Shown here piece after piece: positions 8,867 through 19,185 of a stretch of DNA of 64,000 nt. Source of the stretch: Clostridiales bacterium (GTDB taxonomy: Bacteria; Bacillota; Clostridia; TANB77; CAG-508); assembly GCA_019419955.1 (NCBI GenBank), contig JAHZIB010000004.1, positions 21,089-85,088 of the forward strand, written 5' to 3'. The position numbers and the translations under genes are program-made. The notes under the pieces were generated by a model. That model saw only the letters and a list, made by a program, of their open reading frames with translations. It was not told the DNA's origin and searched no databases. Position 1 is the first letter of the stretch, and the number at the start of each line of letters is the position of its first letter.

Positions 8867-8952
8867 AAAAAGCTCACATCTGTACTTTGACGAGTAGATG
8901 TGAGTTTACACATTTTCTTGGCAAAACCACGTTTGTGGCTTCTCCATTTCCT
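8865..8952 (-). ncRNA. Candidate antitoxin small RNA, convergent with and overlapping the 3' end of the toxin-like gene
   Basis: A consensus promoter (8987-8959) drives an RNA of about 90 nt that ends at the shared hairpin and U-tract. Its only ORF is 13 codons and has no SD. Confidence 0.45.
8872..8904. terminator. Bidirectional hairpin shared by the toxin-like mRNA and the convergent small RNA
   Basis: Stem GCTCACATCT / AGATGTGAG(C). There are 7 U after it on the minus strand and only 3 on the plus strand. Confidence 0.6.
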
Positions 8953-8958
8953 ATATTT

Positions 8959-8987
8959 ATTATACACAGATTTTTTATAAATGTCAA
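8959..8987 (-). promoter_or_regulatory. Perfect consensus sigma-A promoter (TTGACA-17-TATAAT) on the minus strand
   Basis: The reverse complement reads TTGACAtttataaaaaatctgtgTATAAT. Confidence 0.7.
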
Positions 8988-9022
8988 ATAAATATTTTTA
9001 TATCTTTTGTTTTTTTATAATT

Positions 9023-10657
9023 TTAATTGATGTATTTCCACCTAAATCCCCCAGCTTTTGTTCTAACCCCTCTACAACATGCCGAAATATTTTGAATATG
9101 AGTTTTATCTATAGCAACCTTTAAAGAATCATATATTTCTCCAGTATCTACATTTAATACTTTTTTTTGCTTTTTTTGTTTTTGATTTACTGGTCTTGAA
9201 GCTTCTTCTCTTCCTATATATTCCCATTTATACCCATGTGAACTATTAGTTATTCCTCTACAGCAAGCTCGTATTCCACCCATATCAACATTATACTTTT
9301 TAGCAGCGTCCGAAACAGAATCAAATATTTCTCCAGTATTTATATTTTTTACTTTAACTTTTTGCTTGTTACTAGCATTTTCTTTCCCACATTTAGGGCA
9401 ACCACTTTTCATTCGTACTCTATTTTTTACCATTGCCTTATATGTATTCCCACATTTAGGGCATAACCAATAGTATAAATCATGAGTATCTGGTAAAACA
9501 TTATATGGAGTAATGTTTCCATTTTTGATAGGATGCCATTCTTTTGCAATATTAGGATAAAGATTTCCTAAAGAATCTTTTAGACTTGCTATATAATATT
9601 GTTCTTTAATTGAATACTCATCTCGAAGAATATCAATATCTGTATCGTAAATTCCTAGTTTCTTTAATATATCAATTATTATTACATTTAATTGATTCCA
9701 ATCTTGATATTTATATATGTAAATAGAAGAGTTAGATGTATTTATTAATTTACAATTATCTTCTCTAATTCTATATAAATTAATATCTTTTTCTTTGCAC
9801 AACAAATCTTTATTCTCATCCTTTTTTATATCTTTATGCCAAGTTTGCCCATCATATTCTATTGCAAATTTACAAGATGGAATGTAAATATCAAGTTCTT
9901 TACCAGCTAAACATTCTCTATCTCCATTAATTGCATCTGGAAAATGTTTCTTTAAATAATAATAAATAGCCTGCTCTGGAAATGAACTGCTCATTCTTTT
10001 CGAGCACTTAAAACATCCTGTTTTTTGAGAAGTACGAGAATTAATGCGAGTTTTCCATTTATATCCACAAATATGGCAAATAAAATTACACATTTTATTT
10101 GAACCATATGTTACTTCTTCAGGCAGGAAATCATTTAATTCATAATCCCAATCATCCAATATTTCAGTACAGTTATTATATTTACACCAGGTTACTAAAT
10201 CATTAAATCCTTGTAATACCTGTTTATTATTACATATAGGACACCCTTTACCTTTAACTTTATTAACAACAGATTGAATATATTTATGATTTTTTTTACA
10301 TATCCAAGAAATTTTCTTTTGAGAACTACATGTTATATTCTTTAGATCATCATAAGTATTAACCGTTAAATCTAATTCATCTAAAAATTCGGGATAATCA
10401 TCAAATAATAAATTTCTTCTTTGAAAATTTACACCAGAACATATTGAACATCCTGTTCCTTGACACCTTGAATGAATTTGCTTTTTGTATTTATGCCCAT
10501 TTTGGCATATCCAAAAAACCTCTTTATGACTTCCATATGTCACTTGAGATGGTAATATATCATTGGATTCATAATCCCACTCTTCAATTAAATACTTTTT
10601 ATTATTGGCAATACACCAATTTTCTAAACTATTATTCATATTATTTATACATTCCAT
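9023..10657 (-). CDS. Multi-zinc-ribbon / PD-(D/E)XK (Vsr/DUF559-like) / 2x NUMOD-like DNA-binding nuclease
   Basis: Four treble-clef repeats are present (W..E.N....P..VT.GS.K..W.C..GH.Y......R....GC..C). The central core is ELDIYIPSCKFAIEYDGQTWH. Two C-terminal repeats read N..TGEI(F/Y)DS...A........I..CCRG.....(G/H)G(Y/F).W.YI. Confidence 0.65.
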   Translation of the reverse strand: MECINNMNNSLENWCIANNKKYLIEEWDYESNDILPSQVTYGSHKEVFWICQNGHKYKKQIHSRCQGTGCSICSGVNFQRRNLLFDDYPEFLDELDLTVNTYDDLKNITCSSQKKISWICKKNHKYIQSVVNKVKGKGCPICNNKQVLQGFNDLVTWCKYNNCTEILDDWDYELNDFLPEEVTYGSNKMCNFICHICGYKWKTRINSRTSQKTGCFKCSKRMSSSFPEQAIYYYLKKHFPDAINGDRECLAGKELDIYIPSCKFAIEYDGQTWHKDIKKDENKDLLCKEKDINLYRIREDNCKLINTSNSSIYIYKYQDWNQLNVIIIDILKKLGIYDTDIDILRDEYSIKEQYYIASLKDSLGNLYPNIAKEWHPIKNGNITPYNVLPDTHDLYYWLCPKCGNTYKAMVKNRVRMKSGCPKCGKENASNKQKVKVKNINTGEIFDSVSDAAKKYNVDMGGIRACCRGITNSSHGYKWEYIGREEASRPVNQKQKKQKKVLNVDTGEIYDSLKVAIDKTHIQNISACCRGVRTKAGGFRWKYIN

Positions 10658-10708
10658 TCTTTTAGTAGTTGTTTAGTATATGTTTAATACTACACTAAAT
10701 AACCAATT

Positions 10709-11116
10709 TTATTTGCTTAATTTTTCAAAGAAATGACCACTTAGCATCAAACCACTTTCGACAATTGTAACTTCTTGTTTGTTATGTGATTTTTTATATT
10801 CTTGACGTCCATCTTCTGTAATTTGTGGAACTTCAAAATCATATTCAATATAAAGTTTGCCATCCTCAAATGACCATGTTCCACTTCCGTTCGGACATAT
10901 CATTGTTTTGTCACTTTTTAATGCAATAACTGCTTCTTTTCCATTCCATGTGTTTGTTCTATATGTTCCGACCAGATTTTTTTCTTCATTTTTCATTGAA
11001 ACTGAACTTGAATTTATTTCATTATTTCCTTTGAAATTTATTCCAATTATAAAGCCTATAATTCCTGAAATCAATGCAATTATTATACAAATCAAAATCA
11101 TATTTGTTTTGTTCAT
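10709..11116 (-). CDS. Membrane-anchored hypothetical protein
   Basis: N-terminal TM helix (ILICIIIALISGIIGFIIGI) followed by a soluble beta-rich domain. A hairpin terminator lies downstream. Confidence 0.55.
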   Translation of the reverse strand: MNKTNMILICIIIALISGIIGFIIGINFKGNNEINSSSVSMKNEEKNLVGTYRTNTWNGKEAVIALKSDKTMICPNGSGTWSFEDGKLYIEYDFEVPQITEDGRQEYKKSHNKQEVTIVESGLMLSGHFFEKLSK

Positions 11117-11255
11117 ACCTATTCCTCTTTCTATAAATTATTATCTATCTGCAAAATATTATATCAATTTTAGTCGATTTTTACAATAAAACTGCCAATA
11201 TTTAAAAGTAAAAATAGGATGTAGGGAATATTATTAATTCTCCACATCCTGTATT

Positions 11256-11537
11256 CTATATTTCTAACAACTCAATAACATCTACAAATCCATTTCTATA
11301 ATACTTTTCATTCCAATAATATAAGTAATCCATAAAGTTTTTTTCAAGTTGATCAAGTTGTTTTTGAACATATTTTTTATTCTGTTCAGGGACATTTTTT
11401 AGTATTCTCTCTGCAATTTCTTCAAAATAGATACAATATTTCTTATCTTGAGGAGTCATCTCACAAAATGCTGTTTCTTCTCGAAATTCTAACCACTCTT
11501 TTAATAAATCATCTTTTACTTCTCTTAAATTCTTCAT
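11256..11537 (-). CDS. Hypothetical protein (93 aa)
   Basis: ORF. I chose the second ATG (11537) because AGGAG sits 8 nt upstream of it. Confidence 0.5.
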   Translation of the reverse strand: MKNLREVKDDLLKEWLEFREETAFCEMTPQDKKYCIYFEEIAERILKNVPEQNKKYVQKQLDQLEKNFMDYLYYWNEKYYRNGFVDVIELLEI

Positions 11538-11549
11538 TTGCACCATCTC

Positions 11550-11939
11550 CTACACATATATTAATTCATTAAAAACTATTTCTTCAGCTTGATTTTTAAT
11601 AGCATTCATAGTTCCAACCCAATAAAGCATATCTGTATTTTTCATTTCTTCGGTTAAATCACTATTATCTTTTAGTTGTTTAATAATTTGTTCAACTCTT
11701 GATGTAGCTTGTTCTTGAATCCCTTTTAGATGAGTGTTTAGTGTACCATCTAAAAGCATTATTGAATAGTCAGCTTTTTTATGCTCTTTTAGGTAATTTA
11801 ATCTCATTCTGCCATATTTATTAAGAGTTATCTTTTCTTGTTTTGGCATTGTAAGATTTGGAATATAATAATCTCCTTCTAAATGATATTCAATTCCAGT
11901 TTTTTCATCTATCTTTGTTTTTGGTAATTCATTATTCAT
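11550..11939 (-). CDS. tnpV: TnpV-like transposon protein
   Basis: The pattern GIEYHLEGDYYIPNLTMP...YGRMRLNYLKEHKK...LNTHL...WVGTMNAIKNQAEEIV matches TnpV of the Tn4451 family, as I recall it. Confidence 0.65.
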   Translation of the reverse strand: MNNELPKTKIDEKTGIEYHLEGDYYIPNLTMPKQEKITLNKYGRMRLNYLKEHKKADYSIMLLDGTLNTHLKGIQEQATSRVEQIIKQLKDNSDLTEEMKNTDMLYWVGTMNAIKNQAEEIVFNELIYV

Positions 11940-11946
11940 AATTATT

Positions 11947-12252
11947 TCACTCCTTTTTTTCTTTTAATCTTAATTCTTCATAATAATCCTTTTTAGCTTT
12001 CTTCCTTACTAAATACATACATTCTTGTAGAAGCCATTTTAATTCATTTGTATAAGCTAGATATATAACGCCTTCTTCTAATTTTCCATTAGTTTCTTTT
12101 TCATACAAATGAACATAATTATCAAACTTTTCCTTTAATCTTGTAGCTCTGTATCTAATATCATCATCTTTGCACTTTAGATTATCGTTTATTATCTGCA
12201 TTAATTTATTGTATTCTTGTTTGCTAAAATATATTTTATCTTGATTTGACAT
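11947..12252 (-). CDS. Hypothetical protein (101 aa)
   Basis: ORF tightly packed within the operon. Confidence 0.5.
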   Translation of the reverse strand: MSNQDKIYFSKQEYNKLMQIINDNLKCKDDDIRYRATRLKEKFDNYVHLYEKETNGKLEEGVIYLAYTNELKWLLQECMYLVRKKAKKDYYEELRLKEKKE

Positions 12253-12268
12253 ATATTAAATACCTCCT

Positions 12269-13687
12269 TTAGTTTAGGTTATAATCGTTTTTCTTTTTTT
12301 CTTTCTTAGCTTGTATTTCAGATAATTCATCATTGGTTAATACTTTTCTTGTAGAATTATGAACTATATCTGAATCGTTATTATCAAATATTCCACTTTT
12401 TTCTAAATCTTCTGCTACAAGAGTATAGCTTCGTTTATCTTCTGGAATATCATAATATTTTTCATCAAATATTTTCATTTGAAATCTTTTAATAAGTGAT
12501 TTCCAAAATCCTCTAAATTTACTTAATTCCGTTTTAGCTTTTTCTAAAGCACTACTTAGTTTGATAATTGTTTTATCTTTAGTTGATAATTCATCCTTTA
12601 ATTCCTTTATATCATTATCTTTTAGCTTTATTTGCTCTTTAAGTGAATAATTTTCACTCTCTATTTTAGAAGTAGCATGTTCAAATTCCTTAATTGACAT
12701 ATTTAAGTCATTTACACTTCTAACTGTCTGGGTAACATCTGTTACATCTTTAATATAATCTTTGATATTTTCTATATTCTCGTTTGAAATTTGGCTATTA
12801 TTTTTATTAAAGGGCATAGGCTTTAAGTTATCTAATAACTCAATTATACCTTTACTTGAATTATCTAACTTTTTAGTTTGTTTATTAGCATTTTCAAGTT
12901 TTTGCTTTTGTTGTTCAAGTCTTTTCTTTATTTCTCTATAATTATCCATTTCTTTTACATTGATGTCTTGATTTCTGCCTTTTCGTTTAGCTTTTAGCCT
13001 ACTATCAACACCATAAAACTTGTTATAAGACTTGATACAGGCATTTCTCATTTTATCTTGAATAGCTGTTAATGACTCTTTGGTAAACACTTTTGATTTA
13101 CCAACTTGTTTTTTCATACCTTTTTTACAATTATCAATTACTGGTACACCAATAACATGCATATGGGGAGAGGTTTCATCAAAATGAATTGTTGCATTAG
13201 CTACCTTAAAGTTTGGTACTATTTTATTTAAGTCTTGTATTTGCTCATTATATACATCAATCATTTTGAATCTATACTCATCATTTTTGTCTTGCCAAAA
13301 ATCCATATCTCCAAGTTCTATTATAATCTCACAAGCAATATCGTTCTGTAATGTACAAGCCTTTTCAAAATAATTATTTATTTTTCTATCATTTCTAGTC
13401 TGCTTATTATTAAACTCAATACGAGATTCTTCAAATTCATCCATATATACTTGCTTAACATCTTCAACAATATCGTTAGTTCCATATATAGTTGTAATCA
13501 ATTCTCTTTGATTATCATAATCTCGCAAATTGTGTTTATTTGCTCTAGATAAATCATTTGCATTTTGTATAGCATTATTTGATAGAGAAGTAGTACCAGA
13601 TACATTTCCTTTTGCTGTTTTTTTAGCTACTTTACTTTTGTTCTTATCACTACCTAAGTGAAAAGAATATGCTAATTCTTGCTCCAT
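12269..13687 (-). CDS. Mob/Pre (MobV family) relaxase
   Basis: HFDETSPHMHVIGVPV is the HxDE...PHxH relaxase motif. The C-terminus is a long coiled coil. Confidence 0.8.
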   Translation of the reverse strand: MEQELAYSFHLGSDKNKSKVAKKTAKGNVSGTTSLSNNAIQNANDLSRANKHNLRDYDNQRELITTIYGTNDIVEDVKQVYMDEFEESRIEFNNKQTRNDRKINNYFEKACTLQNDIACEIIIELGDMDFWQDKNDEYRFKMIDVYNEQIQDLNKIVPNFKVANATIHFDETSPHMHVIGVPVIDNCKKGMKKQVGKSKVFTKESLTAIQDKMRNACIKSYNKFYGVDSRLKAKRKGRNQDINVKEMDNYREIKKRLEQQKQKLENANKQTKKLDNSSKGIIELLDNLKPMPFNKNNSQISNENIENIKDYIKDVTDVTQTVRSVNDLNMSIKEFEHATSKIESENYSLKEQIKLKDNDIKELKDELSTKDKTIIKLSSALEKAKTELSKFRGFWKSLIKRFQMKIFDEKYYDIPEDKRSYTLVAEDLEKSGIFDNNDSDIVHNSTRKVLTNDELSEIQAKKEKKKNDYNLN

Positions 13688-13935
13688 CTTTTTCCTCCTT
13701 TAGAACTTGCTTCGAAGCATAGGGCTTTGACTCTGTCATAAGTCCTAACCCCCTATGAGTTTTGACATTCTATCAAAACTCGGGGGCTCTGCGAGGCAAT
13801 AAATTTTCTCCTAACAGGATAAAATTTATTCAAATTAACTATCGCCACTTTCATTTTTACTTTGTAAAAACAAAACGTGCCATGTTAATTTGATTGTTGC
13901 AACATAGCCCATAACCAAAGTAAAAGTTGCAACAA

Positions 13936-15879
<1,944 letters not shown>

Positions 15880-16024
15880 CTAACAAAAAAGAGACATCAA
15901 AGAAAACACACAAGTTATCCTTGACATCTCTTAAATCTGTTTATATTACAATATCTTTTCTTGGAACAAACCAAAAACATATAATCAACTCCTAACAGGT
16001 AAACATAAATAATTTACTGTTGGT

Positions 16025-16052
16025 ATTATATCACGATTTTCAGAAATGTCAA
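16025..16052 (-). promoter_or_regulatory. Near-consensus sigma-A promoter upstream of the serine recombinase
   Basis: The reverse complement reads TTGACAtttctgaaaatcgtgaTATAAT (16-nt spacer). Confidence 0.6.
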
Positions 16053-16060
16053 ATTTTTAG

Positions 16061-16345
16061 CTATTTTATGCTGTTTATATAATCTTCTAATTCAGATAAT
16101 TTTATCTTTTTTGCTAGATTGGATATATAAACATCATTAGAATAGTTAAAGACCAGAAATGTAGTATCTTTTACAATTACTCTATGTGGCTCAATATAAG
16201 AGATATTGGTTTTCTCAATTTTTCTTATACTACCATTAACAAAAGTAGGAGTAACCTTTGAGAACTCACATATAAACTCTAGTCTTTTCTTTAAGTTTTC
16301 CTCAAATCGTAGTTCTTCTTTAATTATCTTCATTTCAAGCACCAT
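16061..16345 (-). CDS. Hypothetical protein (94 aa)
   Basis: ORF at the tRNA-proximal end of the serine-recombinase module. Confidence 0.45.
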   Translation of the reverse strand: MVLEMKIIKEELRFEENLKKRLEFICEFSKVTPTFVNGSIRKIEKTNISYIEPHRVIVKDTTFLVFNYSNDVYISNLAKKIKLSELEDYINSIK

Positions 16346-16451
16346 CCTTTCTTTTTAGGATATTGGATGATGTTTTTTTGGCAAAGAAAAAAATCATCCA
16401 ACTTACTTGAATGATTTTTAATCTATCTGTTAGTTCGAACAGATACGTCAT

Positions 16452-16508
16452 TGGTGCAGATGGCCGGAATCGAACCGGCACGGTTTATTCAACCGCAGGA
16501 TTTTAAGT
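16452..16508 (-). repeat. Distal att site: 57-bp perfect copy of the tRNA-Leu 3' part (anticodon loop to CCA)
   Basis: TGGTGCAGATGGCCGGAATCGAACCGGCACGGTTTATTCAACCGCAGGATTTTAAGT is identical to 24526-24582. Confidence 0.9.
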
Positions 16509-16661
16509 TATTTTATCATTTTAATGGTTAGTGATGAATAATACTCTTTAATCCTGTTATTTTTGTACTCAAAGCCCTATTATTTCAAACTATTTCGCTT
16601 GTTTTATTGTAACATAAACAATTGAAAATTTATATAAATCTGACACAACTTTTTCAAGTTT

Positions 16662-16684
16662 TGTTAGAAATCTGTTAGAAAAAT
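16662..16684 (+). promoter_or_regulatory. Arm-type repeat (candidate integrase arm-binding site), distal end
   Basis: TGTTAGAAATCTGTTAGAAAAAT matches 24445-24467 at 22 of 23 positions, in the same orientation. Each copy is itself a tandem TGTTAGAAA. Confidence 0.5.
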
Positions 16685-16831
16685 TTTAAACAGTATTTAT
16701 TCTAAAAAAATTTAAAATTTATTTAAAATCAAATTTTGCATATTTAAAAATTTAAAGGGACAGGCATAGTTTATTACCTGTTCTAATTTTTCGCCACAAA
16801 ATCGATTGTGGTGCGAAGGAAAGGAAAATTT

Positions 16832-17386
16832 ATGCAAGATTTTAATTTTTATAAAGTTAATGAAACTTTAAATCATAAATACTATCAAATACCACAGGAA
16901 TTATTTATAAATCCATTATATAAAAATGCTTTAAGTTCTGATAGTAAATTGTTATATGGTTTTCTATTAGATAGATTATCTTTATCTATTAAGAATAATT
17001 GGCATGATGAAAATAGAAATGTGTATTTGATATTTACTAGAAAAGAAGTACAAGATAAATTAAATCTATCTGATAAAACTGTTACTAAAGCATTTAAACA
17101 ATTATCAGATGTTAATTTAATATATGAAAAGAAACAAGGTTTTAGCAAACCTAAACTTATATATGTTGCAAAAATACAACATCAAAAAATAGAACATTCA
17201 CATAATCGTAAAAATTACGATTATATAAACGGAGATTCTACGATTACCGAATCGGAAAATTTCCGACCAATCAATACTAATAATAATTATACTTATAAAA
17301 ATAATAAGGCTAATAAAAATTTAATGAGATATTCTGGCAGAGAATATTCTCCTGAATTTTTAAACGGCTTATATGCTAATGTGTAA
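16832..17386 (+). CDS. RepA_N-type replication initiator protein
   Basis: The sequence YYQIPQELFINPLYKNALSSDSKLLYGFLLDRLSLSIKNNW...LSDKTVTKAFKQL supports the call. I set the start at ATG 16832, which has AAGGAAAGGAAAA upstream. Confidence 0.7.
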   Translation: MQDFNFYKVNETLNHKYYQIPQELFINPLYKNALSSDSKLLYGFLLDRLSLSIKNNWHDENRNVYLIFTRKEVQDKLNLSDKTVTKAFKQLSDVNLIYEKKQGFSKPKLIYVAKIQHQKIEHSHNRKNYDYINGDSTITESENFRPINTNNNYTYKNNKANKNLMRYSGREYSPEFLNGLYANV

Positions 17387-17470
17387 TGACTTTAGCAAAG
17401 CACAAAAGCAATTATGCTTTTGTGAAAATAGCAATATAAAAATTGGTTATCAATTTTTGTGTTGCTATTT

Positions 17471-17575
17471 TTTTACCTAAATTGCAATAATCAAATTTAG
17501 GTAAAACGGATGTAGGGTGTCCCTACCACACTGACACTTTTTCCCATGAGGGTAAAAAAGTGTCGTAGTGTGTTA
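17471..17575 (+). promoter_or_regulatory. Candidate oriT of the IME
   Basis: There are three inverted repeats upstream of mob: 13 bp TTTACCTAAATT.../...AATTTAGGTAAA, then GTAGGG/CCCTAC, then a long hairpin at 17527-17572. These are followed by TAGTGTGTTA (17566-17575), which resembles the pMV158-type nic region. Confidence 0.5.
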
Positions 17576-17651
17576 CAACACAATTTAAAAAATAGAAAAA
17601 TTTAATTAGCATAGTGTTATTTTGCTGTGCTAGAAAAGGAGGAATGCATAT

Positions 17652-18836
17652 ATGAGTTATGCAATAATTAGAAATGCAAAATACAAAAGAGAAAATTTAA
17701 AAGGAATATTTAGACACAATGAAAGAAGAAATAAAAACTATTCCAATAAAAATATTGATAAAGAAAAATCCTATTTGAATTATTCATTAAAAGATACTGA
17801 ATTTACTTATGAAAAAGAATTTGATAGAATACGAAAAGAATATAATTTAAAAGGTCAAATCAAAACAGTTAGTAATATTATTTGTGAATATATAATTACA
17901 TCTGATAAAATCTTCTTCGACACAATTGGAGAAGATGAAACTAAAAGATATTTTGAAACAGCTTACAAATTCGTTTGTGAATACAAGGGTTTAGGCGAAC
18001 AATATATTTTATCTGCAAAAGTGCATATGGACGAGGAAACTCCACATATGCACTTAGTTTTTATTCCAGTAGTTCATACTACAGATAAAAAAGGCAATAG
18101 CATAGATAAAATTGCTTGTAGTGAATTTTGGAAAGCTAAAGATAGTTATAGACAATTACAAAATGCTTTTCACTCTTATATAACTGCAAATGGATTTGAT
18201 TTAGAAAGAGGGAATCCGAGTGAAAGAGTACATTTATCTGTTGAAGATTATAAGAGAATTACAAATTTTGAAAATACTAAAACTGTGCTTAAAGATATTA
18301 AATTAGAATTGCCAGAAACACCTGATGTTAAAAGTTTTGGAAAGTTAATACGAAATAGAGATGAAAAAATACAGGAATTAGTTGTAGAGCCAAGAGATAA
18401 AATGATCAAAGAACAACAAGAACAAATATCTCTGCTTTATTTAACACTACAAACTCAAGTTAATACTGTTGAAAGAGCTTCAAAATATGAAAAAGAAGGA
18501 AAATCCATAATGTGTGAAAATAGAGCGTTAAAAGAAAAGTGCGAAAATATCGAAAATGACTATTCTATTAAACTTAAAGAAGAAATACGAAAAGTTGAAA
18601 ATAAATATGAAGATGAAATCTACAATTTAGAAAAGGAAAATAAATTTTTACGAAAAGTTATAAATACATTTCAAAAGACAGTAGATAAATTTATACATTG
18701 GGTTTGTAATAAATTTTCAGTATCTTCTGAAGAAGAATTCATTAGAGATTTTGAATTTGAAAATGATATTTATCTTGATCCAGAAAAACAGATTGAATAT
18801 GAGGAAGAGTTAGAATATGAAGAAATGGAGTGGTAG
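17652..18836 (+). CDS. Mob/Pre (MobV family) relaxase
   Basis: The N-terminus is MSYAIIRNAKYKRENLKGIFRHNER. HMDEETPHMHLVFIPV is the HxDE...PHxH motif. AGGAGG SD is upstream. Confidence 0.85.
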   Translation: MSYAIIRNAKYKRENLKGIFRHNERRNKNYSNKNIDKEKSYLNYSLKDTEFTYEKEFDRIRKEYNLKGQIKTVSNIICEYIITSDKIFFDTIGEDETKRYFETAYKFVCEYKGLGEQYILSAKVHMDEETPHMHLVFIPVVHTTDKKGNSIDKIACSEFWKAKDSYRQLQNAFHSYITANGFDLERGNPSERVHLSVEDYKRITNFENTKTVLKDIKLELPETPDVKSFGKLIRNRDEKIQELVVEPRDKMIKEQQEQISLLYLTLQTQVNTVERASKYEKEGKSIMCENRALKEKCENIENDYSIKLKEEIRKVENKYEDEIYNLEKENKFLRKVINTFQKTVDKFIHWVCNKFSVSSEEEFIRDFEFENDIYLDPEKQIEYEEELEYEEMEW

Positions 18837-18873
18837 TTCATACTATCACTCCATTTATAAAATACCATAAATT

Positions 18874-19185
18874 TTAAAACATATCTGATAAGAAATTAAT
18901 TAATACTGTTCCGATTATTCCTAATGCAACTAGAATTGAAATTACTATTGCTTTTACTTTTTTAGTTATTTTTTTACTAAGTATAACAAATAATCCTATA
19001 ACAAACAATATAACTGGAACAGTTATTTTTCCAATTTTTAAAATAGTTTGCCCTATAGTTTGTCTTGGACCTGGATCTACTGCATACATTGATACTATCA
19101 TATCTGGTCCAATTGCATAAACTTTAGATATCATACCTATAATAAATACTCCAATACTTGATATAACTTTTTTTAATTTATTCAT
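18874..19185 (-). CDS. Small secreted/membrane protein (103 aa), translationally coupled to the radical SAM gene
   Basis: ATG 19185 overlaps the radical SAM stop (ATGAATAA), with GAAGGAG 9 nt upstream. The N-terminus looks like a signal peptide (VISSIGVFIIGMISKVYA) and two further TM helices follow. Confidence 0.6.
   Translation of the reverse strand: MNKLKKVISSIGVFIIGMISKVYAIGPDMIVSMYAVDPGPRQTIGQTILKIGKITVPVILFVIGLFVILSKKITKKVKAIVISILVALGIIGTVLINFLSDMF

Noticed and set aside
8581-8967. The 128-aa minus-strand ORF and the 77-aa plus-strand ORF (8633-8866, full length) covering the toxin-antitoxin-like locus.
   Set aside because: The minus ORF runs through two promoters and a terminator hairpin and has no SD. 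The plus ORF's first ATG lies upstream of its own -10 box, so only the SD-preceded internal start at 8753 is plausible.
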